Shown here: positions 16,272-28,872 of the stretch, one piece after another
Layout: every line of letters begins with the position of its first letter
Position numbering within the stretch: position 1 is the first letter of the stretch
Source: Utricularia gibba
Taxonomy: Eukaryota > Plantae > Magnoliophyta
Assembly: GCA_002189035.1 (NCBI GenBank)
Contig: CM007991.1
Span: 4,030,001 to 4,094,000, forward strand
Length of the DNA stretch: 64,000 nt
Direction: 5' to 3'
The notes under the pieces: generated by a model
What the model saw: the letters and a program-made list of their open reading frames with translations, nothing else
Told to the model about the DNA's origin: nothing
Database searches by the model: none
Translations under genes and position numbers: made by a program

Positions 16272-18486
16272 ATGAGCGGGAGTGGAGGAAGCTCGGAGAG
16301 CTCCTCCGGCGCGTCGGAGGAGAGGAGGAAAGGAAGGGCGCGGGCGAGCCGTACGTCTCAAATCTTGTTTTACGCCCACCAGAACGATCCCGCTGCTGTC
16401 AAGAAGCTTCTGGAGGAGGATCCTTCTCTCGTGAATTCCCGAGACTACGATAATCGGACTCCGCTTCACGTCGCGGCGATCCACGGGTGGATTGGAGTTG
16501 CCAAGTGTCTTCTCGAGTACCAAGCCGATGTCAATGCTCAGGATCGATGGAGAAACACGGTAGTTGCTTTATTTGTTTCTGCATGAATCAATTCGTCTAC
16601 GCTTGATCGAATCGAATACCGGTGTTTTTTTATTACTTCTACTGGACAAGCCTTTGGCTGATGCTGAAGGATCTCATAGATCTCGGATGATCGAGCTGCT
16701 CAAGTCCTATGGCGGGCTTTCTTACGTACGTTCTGTTCACGCTCTCCGCTATCAGCTATCTTCTCTCCTGGATGATTTTGTTCATCATTGCCCTGTAATT
16801 TGGTACCCCCTTCCTCTGTTATTTTTGAAATCTTCTCGCGCAGGGCCAGAATGGAAGTCACTTTGAACCAGGCCCGGTTCCTCCCCTTTACCGAACAAGT
16901 GCGATTGGGAGATTAATCATTCCGAACTCGCCTTCTCAAGCTCTACGGTCATAGGGAAGGCTAGGATTCCATCCTTTTTCTGTCACTCAATTTTTGCTAC
17001 TGATCGTCTCAAAAAGCAAAAAACTAGATATTTTGCTCCATGGTGGTTTCAGGGTTCCTTCGGCGAGATACTCAAGGCTTCCTGGCGTGGTACACCTGTG
17101 GCTGTCAAGCGCATTCTGCCGAGTCTTTCAGACGATAAATTAGTCATGTGAGTACCTTGCTTTTCTGGCGGCTGACTTTCTACACACGTGAACTATGAGA
17201 AGGAAAAAAAAGTACTAGCAGACTCGAAGGAATGGCTATAGCTCATCTTTCTGACTAGTAAGTGTTCATTGGCAAGCCAGTCAGGACTTCAGGCATGAAG
17301 TGAACTTGCTGGTAAAGCTTCGCCATCCAAATGTAGTGCAATTTCTGGGAGCTGTTACTGAAAAGAAACCACTGATGCTAGTAACTGAGTACTTAAGAGG
17401 GGTGAGGGCATGTATTTGGAATCTCTCTATGTCAACGTTTGCACCTTCTAATGTGGTTGGTACAGGGAGACCTCCATCAATACCTGAAAGGAAAAGGGGC
17501 ACTCAATCCATCAGCGGCTATAAATTTTGCACTGGATATTGCCAGGTGAGAAAGTCTCACCAATTACTGCATGTAAGATACTTATACGACACTGAGGAGT
17601 TTGCCTTGGCCAGAGGCATGGCCTATCTTCACAGTGAACCAAACGTCATTATACATAGAGACCTTAAGCCTAGGTGAGTTTGTATGAGTTCGTAACCATA
17701 TGGGAAAAAATCATAATGCTCTATTCACTTTCATCTCTTTAACAGCAGCAAAGCCATTTTTCATGTACTTCCAGGAATGTACTTCTTGTCAGTGAAGACC
17801 ACTTGAAAGTAGGCGATTTCGGCCTCAGCAAGCTCATCAAAGTACAACATTCTCATGATGTTTACAAAATGACTGGAGAGACAGGAAGCTGTGAGTAACT
17901 AACTGTCGTTAATCTGGCACACAGCAAGGGTTATTTCTAATAAAGTTATAAATTTTTTTTAAAAAAAATCTCGAAGATTGTTACATGGCTCCCGAAGTGT
18001 TCAAGCACAGGAAATATGATAAGAAGGTGGATGTTTTCTCATTTGCAATGATCATGTACGAGGTAAACCTTTTTCCTAACTTTGGGGCATAAAACTGAAA
18101 AGTGATTTCGCAAAGGCAAGTAGAATCACAAATAACTCACTGCTGCTCTTGCTACAGATGCTTGAAGGCGAACCACCATTTTCGAACTGCGAACCATACG
18201 AAGCAGCTAAATATGTGGCTGAAGGCCACAGACCAATGTTCAGAGCTAAAGGTTACATCCCTGAATTGAGAGAGTAAGCAGCGCCAATAAGATGTCTTGA
18301 ACTTCAACAAATCCCAATTCATGATAAACGATATACTAAGAGGGAACTTACTTGATTAGGCTGACGGATCAATGCTGGGCAGGCGACATGAACAACAGGC
18401 CACCGTTCTTAGAGATTCTGAAAAAACTAGAGAAGATCAAGGAAATGCTACCTTCAGATAACCACTGGCACATATTTCCATCTTGA
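16272..18486 (+). CDS. VIK: Ankyrin-repeat Raf-like kinase (VH1-interacting kinase / integrin-linked kinase family)
   Basis: Ankyrin exon DYDNRTPLHVAAIHG...NAQDRWRNT. Kinase motifs IGKGSFGE, VAVK, HEVNLLVKLRHPNVVQFLGAV, HRDLKPRN, GDFGLSK, YMAPE and VDVFSFAM. Stop TGA at 18484-18486. Confidence 0.93.
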
Positions 18487-18755
18487 AGGATCAGCTTTCA
18501 GTATTTCAATTCTTTGTTTGGTGTAACGTCAGATGACAGAAACAGTTACCACATCCTGTGTAAAATGCTCATTCACAAAATCTTGAATTCAAAAACACAG
18601 ACAGATATGAAGGAAACCTGTATATGATCAGGAACTTTTCATTAAGAATAACACAACACTTTCTGAAATTTATTACGGTTCATGGAAGCAAAAGTGAAAA
18701 TTGATCTCCAATCCTTGATAATATTACAGTAGCCATGGAACCAAGAAAGAAAAGT

Positions 18756-20134
18756 TTAGATGAGCTTCTTCTTCTCAAAGAAAGTCTTCAAATGCCATAG
18801 CTGAATGCCGGCAACGGAGAGAGCAAAAATAATAGAAAAGAGTCCCAGCCAGAATAACTTGGAATTGGTGGAGATATTCAGCTGCTGCATCTCTTGTTCC
18901 CTGAGAATCAGGATTTGGTTTCCATCTAAGAGCAGGGCTCAAAAATTTTCTAGTGACTTTAAGTTTCATTACCTCTCGCGTAGATAATACATATCTTCGT
19001 TAATCGTTTGCACCGTGTCAAACATTTTCTTCAGCTCCAGTTGCATAAGCTGGTGAAAATAAGGAGAAGGTCCATGTATCAATAACAAGAGCGATGATGT
19101 AATGGCTACTAGAAAAAAGAGTAGAAAACACATACAACTACTTTCTGTCAATCCAACAATCTTTATTCAGAGGAGAGTGCGCAGATTCTGGTTTAGTAAA
19201 AGATGGTAAAAAAAAATGGAGCACCAAAGAATACATTTTCACATATCATTCATTGCTGAACAAATCGCATTGGAGATGGTGAATGCTTACTTCGACAGAG
19301 CCCTTTTTGGCAACGTTTCCCCAATCCTTGGCAGCAATACCAGATTTCCAATCAAAGTCGACGGTCATTGTAGAAGATGGCTGATGATCAGAAGCAAAAA
19401 AGCAGGCCATGTAGTCTCCTGCCTCAACCGCTTGGAAGGCAAAATTACCCTCGCTTACATGGTCTGAATAGTGATAGCTACTTCCACTCGCAGAGGTAAC
19501 CTGCATATTCCCCCCAGTCAAAGATATTTGTATGATACAAGAGGAAAACAAAAAAAAAAAAAAGAAACTCATTTTCAGATATCAACACAATAAGCGATAC
19601 AGTTAATCAATGCATTGCTAAAATATTCAGTAGCACACGTGATTAGCAAAATGCATCCACAAACATGAGCTAACAGTTATCAAAAGAGGGGAAGATCGAT
19701 ATTTTCTACATACCCAAAAGTATGAAATAAATAACAAGCAAGTTATTAACCAACAGAAAATGGAGAGCATATTGAAACAAAAAAAGCTAAGATTTTTCTT
19801 TGCGGGTGTTAATTTTTACAAAGGACCGCATGATTCATTAGCACAAAAGAAAGAAAACCCAAACTCCTAACACTGCTGAAAACGCGGAAAAGAAAAACAA
19901 AGGGATTCAAAGGATAACTACCCGAACTGTGACTTTATGTGAATCAGGCAAAGGGGTCCCTTCATTGGGATTAACAATATGATACTTTCCCACACTCATA
20001 GCATTGCTCTTGATATCCTCTGATATACATTTCGTATGACCCGGCTCCAGATCAAATCTGATCGATTCAACCCGGCTCCATAGCAGGAAGCATGTGACCA
20101 AAACAACGAAGACGCCGCACCTTTGGAATTGCAT
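18756..20134 (-). CDS. p24/emp24/gp25L delta-subfamily ER-Golgi cargo receptor (GOLD domain), 4 exons
   Basis: Signal peptide followed by IRFDLEPGHTKCISEDIK; GNFAFQAVEAGDYMACF; DWKSGIAAKDW; coiled coil; TM segment; C-terminal FFEKKKLI* (di-Phe plus dilysine retrieval signal). Confidence 0.92.
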
Positions 20135-20517
20135 ATTCGTACCACAAACAACAGCAATAAGAAATGACAATACCAAAAAAGAAAGCTCCAATTTTTTCGA
20201 CCGCAACTGGATTCAGGGTTCCAGTGAAGGGGTTTTCTCGTTGAAATTCCTTCTCTGATTACAAAATCGCAGAAGTCAAAGACCACACGAGCAAATCCCT
20301 ACGCCGCCAATAAATCCCGTTCCTCCTCGGATTCAACCCCTGACTCCTAACATCGAGCATCCATTATTTCAATTTCCGTAAGAAAATTAAAACGTCATAT
20401 AATCGTGTCAGAAAACAACCGACCTCCAATCAGAAACATCCACGTGTGCTCCGAGACGACCGAGTCGCCCCGCCTAAGTTCCTCAATTCTCTCTGTCCAC
20501 TCAGAAGAATGACGCAA

Positions 20518-21012
20518 TTATGAAACCACCCCTCAAGAATGCATAATTATGAAATCACACCACAATAAGCCTCAAAATATGGTCACGTCTACAAAATCCA
20601 AAAATTATGTAACCGACCTTAAGAATCCATTTATCATGAAATTACTCTTAAAGGATCCGTATTATGAAACCAACCCTCAAGAGTCCATAAATTAGGCAAC
20701 CATCCCTCTATAATCCATAATGAAACCACCACTAAAGAATCCATATATCAAGAAACCACCCATCAAGAATCAATAAATTATATATATATATTATGAAAGC
20801 CACTCCTCAAGAATCCATATATCAGGAAACCACTCATCAAGAATCAATAAATTCTATATATTCTGAAAGCCACCCCTCAAGAATACATACATATATTACG
20901 AAACCACCCCTCAAGAATCCATAACTTATGAAACCATCACTTATGAAACCATCACTCAAGAAAGCATAAATTTTGAATCCAGCCCTTGAGAATCCATAAA
21001 ATTATGAAACCC
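20518..21012. repeat. Degenerate minisatellite, ~16 copies of a ~29-bp unit (consensus TTATGAAACCACCCCTCAAGAATCCATAA)
   Basis: Units read directly, e.g. ttatgaaaccacccctcaagaatgcataa, ttatgaaaccaaccctcaagagtccataa and ttacgaaaccacccctcaagaatccataa. Includes a ~70-bp two-unit higher-order duplication at ~20737-20885. Confidence 0.88.
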
Positions 21013-21360
21013 CTTTTAAAATCCCTAACTTTGGTTGGTTCCATGTGGGCCAACAGGTTGTACCGGGCCTGATTCTGGGCTTGGGAACAGACACAGAAAA
21101 CGAATTTGGACCACATTATCCAATCGGAATACGTAGCCCGAGTCATCGCATTCGAATCTCTGAATCCTAAACTGTAGGCTTTGCAACTTACAGATTATAT
21201 TGAATTTTTTTAATTACATGGATTTCTAAAAGTGGAAACTAGAGAAAAAAAAAACACTCGGAAGCTTCATGGCAGTTATTGGTAATCTTTTGGTACATGT
21301 GGAAGTGACAACTTCTTGAATTTGCCACATTAGCTGAAACATATCCCGTCATCGCCGCCG

Positions 21361-22572
21361 TTAGAATCCCGGCAGCTCCATCGGCGAGCTCACCATACTC
21401 AGCAACTCATTCCAATAGTTCCTCGTATCCTCCATCTCAAGGAACGCCGGAGTCTCCCCGACTGAGGGGATCCCGTTGTAGCAGTCGCCGCTGCTGTTGT
21501 TGGGGACAGCGAGGTCCACGGCGTCGCTGATATAACCGCCGAAATCGAGTTGCTGAAAGGACCCCAGTTCGTCCATGTTGCCGCCGCAGCTCAAGCTTCC
21601 GATCTCGCATGAACCCGTGCTCGTCCCCGCCGCGGCTGCGGCCATCACATCGTTGGCGATAATTGTCGGAACCACCGCCGCGGAGGGGAAGTTGAGCGTC
21701 GAGGTTGGTGACTCCAGCACCGTCTGCGACGAGAAGAAGCAGTTACTCGAGGCACCGCCGGTGGCCTGCCACACCTTGAGCACGTCCAGGCACGGCGGCG
21801 ACGACACCCTAAGCGGCGGCGCCGGCGGCATGATGGACTTGTGTAGCAACTGCAGATTCGAGATAATCTTCGATTCTCGAGCCAGGCGCGCCTCCGCTTC
21901 CAGGCGCGCCGTCTCCCACTGCGCCATGTGGCTGAGATTAGCCGCCTGCTTCGACTGCGCCACCCCGCCGGAGTTGCTCTTGGGCTTATGTGTCACCGGG
22001 TCGATACCCATTCTCGTTAATCTCTTCTTCAGACGCGTGTTCCAGTAATTCTTGATCTCGTTGTCGGTCCTCTTGGGCAGATGAGCTGCTATGGCGGACC
22101 ACCTACGACTAATCCGAATTAATTAATAAACATAATCACAATTATCCCTTAATCACACTCCCAGACTCTTTCCAATTAACCAATCCATACAATGTGGGAC
22201 AAAATGTTCACCTGTTCCCTAGCAAAGCATGCAGCCGGATAATCGTCTTCTCCTCGTGGGCACTAAACTTCCCTCTCTTGATATCCGGCCGGAGGTAGTT
22301 CGTCCACCGCAGCCTGCAACTCTTCCCACACCTCTGCAACCCTGAAACCACACACACACACACCATGCTCACTCGCTCCAGCCTGATTCAAGCTGTTAAA
22401 CACAACAACAGCACAAAAGATGGGCGCGCGAGAGGGAACCTGCTTTAGCAGGGAGGGAGCGCCAGCTTCCATGTCCGTTCTGCTCGATGTACGCGAGCAG
22501 CTTCTGGTCTTCTTCTCGAGTCCAGGGGCCCTTCTTGAGCTCCTCCTTGGCCGGAGAGTCGGGTGTCCCCAT
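21361..22572 (-). CDS. R2R3-MYB transcription factor, MIXTA/subgroup 9 type (MYB16/17/106-like), 3 exons
   Basis: Exon 1 22572-22440 (133 nt), exon 2 22341-22212 (130 nt), exon 3 22102-21361: the canonical R2R3-MYB exon sizes. LKKGPWT...[20 protein letters not shown]...[12 protein letters not shown], then [10 protein letters not shown] and the subgroup-9 motif [22 protein letters not shown]. Confidence 0.93.
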
Positions 22573-22930
22573 CGGAGCGGCCGCACAGATGATGTCTCTC
22601 GGGAGGATGAAATGAGACCGTTGTAGTAGAGAGAGGGTCTTGGTGGGGGAGATCCAGAGTGTTGGGGTGGTGTGTGGGGGCTATAAAAAGTAAGAAGACA
22701 CCATAAATAGGGTTAGTCTTGTGGGGGAACCATATTATGGGACATTGTAAATACTTTACCTAAATAGATTTATGAAGGAAAAATGCCCTCCCGAATCATT
22801 ACACATTAAAAAAAATGCACTTTTATTTCTCGATGCGGGCTACAAGAATTGAATGCCCCAAATAAATTTCCCATAAGTCGATAACTATCTATCTATCTTG
22901 GCGTTCCGGGAAGCGTCGCGCCTTAAATAC

Positions 22931-22951
22931 GCATGCAAATGCATTGCATGC
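22931..22951. promoter_or_regulatory. Near-palindromic double RY (CATGCA) element upstream of the MIXTA-like gene
   Basis: gcatgcaaatgcattgcatgc is nearly its own reverse complement and carries inverted RY motifs, ~360 bp upstream of the MYB ATG. Confidence 0.45.
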
Positions 22952-24417
22952 ACCCCTACCATGTATGTGGGGTTCGGCCTCTCCAGGGGAAGCTGGCGCA
23001 GGGGCGACGGAATCTGCTGGCTTCCCCGGCGGGGCTGCCGGAGGCCACTCTGCAGAGGTGAATGCACTCGACACGATTCAGAGTTGGGTCCAACGTACCG
23101 CAATGCAGACAGCCGAATTCAATTTCCGGGGTGACTTTCGACGATGAAACGTACAGTATGGATCCCGGGTCGTACCCGGATTTTTAAAAATTCTCCCCTG
23201 GTCGGCATTTTCAACAAAAAAAAAACAAGAGTTACACAAAGTAATTGTTATGAATCACACGGCTCCCATACCCCATGAAACCCGGTTGCATCCACACAAC
23301 CAACCATTTGGTTCCAAACCGAAACCGAAACCGTATATTTACAGAATTGGACCTATAGTATTGCCAAATGCAGAAATATCTTTTTTTTTTTCAATTAGTA
23401 CCTAATCAGGGAGCGTGTTGGTGGGAGGATGCATTAATCCAACAAACACGAATGGAGGAGGAGGAGGAGGTTCGTGGGGCTGAAAGCCGGTAAGAATTAA
23501 TCAGGAGATGATCTCACGGTTTTCAGTGCAAGAACATTCGTTCCCCACATTTTACACGAGGGCATTTATTAAAACGGGGGCTTCCTCAACTGGAATTTAA
23601 GGGGAATGCCGTTGATGTCTTAATGCTAATGTTTATATATACTACAAGTGGAAGCAGTGGCCGGACCCCCCTCCACCTCCGCCGTGTACTAATTCATTCA
23701 ATTTCGCCCTAATTAAGACAAGAGTGGCCTCCAGGGCGCACGTTAGCCTCAGGTCATTAGATGGGAGCAGAAGAAGAACCCCACCGAATCGCAGACCCAA
23801 TCTTACAATTTTCGAAATGGGCAATAAAAAAACATATCCAGCGTCGGAACCCTCCGTTTTCCCTAATTTTATAATTTCCCAACCATCGATTTCATGGGTG
23901 ACGCTCCAAGGAAACAAATATTCTACGAAATTAAAAAAATATTATCAGTAAAAAAATAGTAACACAGTGCCCCCATCCTTAGATTTAATAACCATAAGAA
24001 TAGAAAAATAGGAGGAATTAAATGCGCACGATCGGGACACTGTTCGGACATGGGGGGTGCGGGGCCTGACGTAGGGATGACGCCTGGATGATGCGGGGAA
24101 TTTAATTATCAACAAGGTTTTGGGGCCCACTACCTCGTCGTCTGCCTCCCGCCAGCGGGGCTTTCATTTCAGTTGCAGGGAAATCAGGTTTTTTAGGTGC
24201 ATGGATTATTGCTCCATTTGGTATTTTAATATGAGTGCGTAGAGTACCATCTTTTTCTATTACCATTTATTGCATTGTGTGTTGTTACTGCAGACACCCT
24301 CAGTTCTTCTTCAAGTGAAGCCAGCCACATGTGGAGAGGATGATCCGAGGATGGTGCGGAAAACTCTACTGTAACAGCGCCGGAAGTCGGACGGGAATGG
24401 CCGGCCGCGGCGGCGGA

Positions 24418-24440
24418 GGGAGGGAGGGAGGGAGGGAGGG
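24418..24440 (+). repeat. (GGGA)n tract, six GGG runs; G-quadruplex-forming motif
   Basis: gggagggagggagggagggaggg, with single-A loops. Confidence 0.8.
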
Positions 24441-26936
24441 AGGCGGTCTGTGTTCTCGTCTTCCTTGTATTGAATGAAAAGGGAGGGGAAAGGACGGGGA
24501 GTAGGTGATGTATTTTGGACCTGGCGCAGAGAGGCAGAGTCTTATCGCCAACGACATTAAAGCCTGCGATCCTTCTTCCACCTTCCCTTCTGCAAAGCCA
24601 TTCAAGACAAGAGGAGGTGCTCAGATTCAACATTTAATTCAACACTTCTCCTCCTCCCTTTTGTTAACTCTAAAGCCGTATAACTGCAAACCAATTAATT
24701 TTACTGTGCTGATGATGAACCAGCAGAAGGATACTTCAATCTCTCACCACTGATTCCCATGCAGCACCAGCAGCAGCAAGTAAAGAAAGAAGAACTGACT
24801 ACGCTTCTACTGTTATCGGCCTCTGTAAGTACTCTGAGAGTCAGACCAAAAAAAAAAGGAAACCATAGCTTTTACTGCTGATGCATCCAGCGTTCCCCTC
24901 TTCGTTTCTTTATCTGTTCCTTTAAAGTGGAAGCAAATGGGCTGAAAACTTCTGTTACCTTGAGGTTTCCATGTGTTCGTAGCCACTGCCCTCCAGACAC
25001 ACACCCCCTTGCAGCCATGCAACAATTACATTACATGCAGTTTCATTACAAGATGATGTAGACTTTGATTAAATTCATACAATTCATAATATTAAAAGTG
25101 ATTTAGCTAGTACATTATACAAGATTTATATTCAAATTTACATATATATCATTAATTAATTAATTAATACATGTATATCATTTATATATTTATTTTTTTG
25201 AATATATGGATAATGTATACTAATGGAATAAGTAAATAATTATATCTATAACACTAACTTACTTAAATTTATATTTTCGTATATAAAATATTATACAATA
25301 ATTACAATATACTTAAATATATTAATATCAAACCAATTTTAATAATATTAGACCTTGTTTTAAATGAAGGTATAAGGTTGCTTTATGACAGATTTAATAA
25401 AATTATATTATTTGATATCTACGTATAATTATACTTTACATATGAATATAATAATTATTATATTCATATAATACCTTCATATATACCATATATGTATACC
25501 CAAGTAAAGATATGAGTATTTTTATATTCACATATTTGAATTTAACTAAACTTAAACAATTTAAATCCACTAATACCTTAAACACATCGACCAATCAAAC
25601 ACATCAACCAAACAATCCATTATGATTGAGGAGGGAGGTGTAAAGAGGGAGCACCAAATAAATTACACCATTTGGTTCCAATTATTACTGGTGTAAAGAG
25701 GAGAGATGTAATAACCCACTCGGCTGGTCCCGTCCCGTAAACCAAAAGCTGTTAGAAATGTCTGTGCCGGCAGTACAGTTAATACGGTTGACTGTTTCCC
25801 CACATAAAACACCAATACCAGGCGTCTTTTCAAACAGCCAAAAACGCATGCATTGTGCACACATTTATTGTTTTGGGGGACTCCTGAACCGGGAGGGGGC
25901 TCGGCCCATCGAGCCGAACCGAACCGAACCGCACCACCTGGTTACCTGTCTGCCCTCTTTACTGCATGCACTAGGGCGTCATCATTTTGTCGTGGCTAGC
26001 AGCTGTCTCTCAGGGGGGTCTCCGCTTGCCCGCTTTTGGCCCGGCCGACTCAGCTCGCCATTCCGATCGATCGGAATGGAATATTTTGGGAGGGCGGTGT
26101 GGTTGCGACTTGCGCCTACCTTATTTATGTGATATAATTGGGGAATTATTGGGCTAAATGTAATGGTGCATAATTGAGACATGGGCACGCATTAAACCAA
26201 CACAGAGTTAAGGTATGGCCTTCCATCTCCAATTACCAAAATGCCTATCACTCTTGACCTACGCACCGCACCCCTTTGGAAAATAAAGGGGTAACGTCGA
26301 TTATAATAGAATTGAAATTTCTGATAAAATTAAAATTTGTATATTTTCGGAAGTGTGTTTTTTTTTGGAAATTATTATTATTAGATTTATTTTTTTTTAC
26401 ATATTTAATTATATTTATTAACAGTTGTATTTTATAAATATATAAATAAAATATGGTTTTTATAAATTATTTATATTATACAAACATTATATAGATTTAT
26501 AAATTATATTTTATATTATTAGTATTTTTTAAAAAAATAAAAAACACAATATATATTATTGTAAATTTAATTCTTAAAATCAGTTTTCGAAAATCATTTT
26601 TCGTTGAAGAAAATTTGATATATATTTAAAAGGTACAAGGTATTTTGGAAATGAGAATTAATTCTATAAGGAATCAATTAGTTTTTGAGACATTGCAAAA
26701 GCTTATTTTACTTCTTCAAGAGATAGAAGTGAAGCAAAGAAAAAGCACATAAATATTATTTTTTGGGAAGGGGAAATTATTTCTATTGTGTTGGGCCGCG
26801 TTTTGGAGGAAAATGGGACGAGTGTTGGATCTCTTGCTCATCGTGCAGGCCCATTTTTTCTGTGTTATCTTTCCTTGATTTTTTGTTTTGGATTGAGAAG
26901 TGGTTGGGAATTTTTCGCAGAAGGATTGCGCTTGGG

Positions 26937-28221
26937 ATGGCAGTTTGTGCATCAAGCATCTGTTTTTCAAGGTGTTACTCGATCCCCAGCAGGGTAAGAT
27001 CAAGCAATGGAGGTCGCGCTACCATGGATACGAGTAGGAGGGATTCGGGAGGTCGCAGAAGTCGATATTGCCCTGTTTGTGATAGACGGCATTTCCTTGG
27101 CTCTGTTGTTGGAAATAGGCTGTTGCCCCTTCTTCATTCTTCTGCTTCTGATGAGGGCGGCTTCGGGGACCCCGTTGTAAGATCCTAATTTCTGCTCCTG
27201 GTGCCCTGATTAATTTGTATGATGATTGATGCTGCAAACTGCTGTTGAATCGATAGGCGGTGATGAATAGAATTCATCCTCGAAAGCCGGATTGGTACAA
27301 TGAATTTTATGCATTGGTGATGAACAAACTGATGGAATCGTATGAAGGAGCGGTGAGTGCTTTTCATGCGTTTTTCTCCACTAGATACATCTCCATGCCT
27401 GAAGCTGCTGTTGGTGACATTGAAAGATTGCAGCATACAAATCACAGCTTTTTGCTAACCTGAAAGGAAGATCAGACAATGTTCTGGAAATTGGAGTTGG
27501 GACTGGTCCAAATTTCAGATACTATGCTGACTCTCCCGGCATCAAGGTTGTTGGAGCCGATCCGAATCCCCAAATGGAGAAGTATGCGCTTGCAGCAGCT
27601 GAAAGGGCGGGACTTCGGCCCTCCGATTTTGGCTTTGTCCAAGCAGTATGCACCCTTTGGCATCATTAGCATGCCCTGAGATTCACCGAAGTAGACACCT
27701 CCCATGAACTGTGTTCTTGGAGCAGGTTGCAGAAGCGTTGCCACTGGCTGATGCTTCCTTCGATGCTGTTATCGGAACTCTTGTCCTCTGCTCAGTCAAA
27801 GATGTCGACAGAGCTCTGGCCGGTATCCCATCACATAAGAATCCCTAACAATCTCTCCTTGCTGCACTCAACCTGATTCTCTCCTGGTGCAGAGGTGAAG
27901 AGAGTTCTGAAACCAGGGGGAGTCTACTTATTCGTGGAGCACGTCGCTGCCGACGGTAACAAAACACTCACTGCATTCCGCTTATTGGCATCCTTCTCAG
28001 ATGAGCGATACCTCCTGCAACTCGCAGAGGGAACAATCCTGAAAACCGTGCAGCAGATTCTGGATCCACTGCAGCAGATTGTAGCGGATGGATGCCATCT
28101 GACCAGGAACACCTCAAGCAATATTGCTGGAGCAGGATTCTCCAGCTACGTTGTCAATGAAGCGCATCTTTCCAACTTCTCAGTGATCAGTCCCCATTTC
28201 TATGGAACAGCTTACAGGTAA
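26937..28221 (+). CDS. SAM-dependent methyltransferase type 11 (METTL7A-like), probable plastid transit peptide, 6 exons
   Basis: Ser/Arg-rich N-terminus MAVCASSICFSR...; IHPRKPDWYNEFYA; motif I VLEIGVGTGPN; SFDAVIGTLVLCSV; EVKRVLKPGGVYLFVEH; DGCHLTR; SPHFYGTAYR*. Confidence 0.9.
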
Positions 28222-28863
28222 GTGAAATCTTCCCATCCACATGGGAGAATGATTGACATGTTTTGATTTAGTTTGCAAAATGTCCCATTAAAAATATATG
28301 ATCCCAAAATTCTATAGGGAAGTTTAGTAGATGTTCTAAAGTTGGGTTTGAAGGGATTTTATTTAATAAGAGTATTTAGTAAGAATTTTTAAATTAAACT
28401 GTAATTTATTGTAAATACATTTAAAATTGTCTATCAAATTCATTTTAAAATTTAATTATGTAAAATTTGTTTCATCCATATAAATAATCCTGTCATTGAC
28501 AAAAAACATTAAATCATATAAATAAAATAAGGTACTAGATTACCTCCAATAACTAAAAACAAAAAAATCATTTTTTCCTTATTCATTCGAATGATAGAAT
28601 ATTTTTTAAAACTGAAAAAAAAGTAGGGATATTTTGCAAATACATTTTAAAATGAGAGTTATTATGTTGATTTTATCAAGTTTTCCCATTGTATGTACTT
28701 TTTTTGGGAAGTTTTCCCAAAAAAAGTTTTCATTAATTTATAAAAGTACCCCATATATGTGACCATCTTCGCATTTCCATTGCTTGGAGGATCAAAGAAA
28801 AGTATGAAAAAGATTTGGGGGCAAACGGCAAAATAACTCCTCCCTTTCTTTATTTAACCTTCG

Positions 28864-28872
28864 AAACCCTAA
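28864..28872 (+). promoter_or_regulatory. Telo-box (AAACCCTAA) in a promoter-like GC-rich patch
   Basis: aaaccctaa at 28864-28872, followed by a GC-rich 5'-exon-like stretch and a cag|gttatt donor-like site. Confidence 0.4.

Noticed and set aside
20518-21012. CRISPR-like appearance of the ~29-bp repeat array
   Set aside because: Units are head-to-tail with no unique spacers, are degenerate, and lie in a plant nuclear context with no cas genes. It is a minisatellite.
21575-22048. 157-aa + strand ORF
   Set aside because: Antisense shadow of the GC-rich MYB exon 3; no independent motifs.
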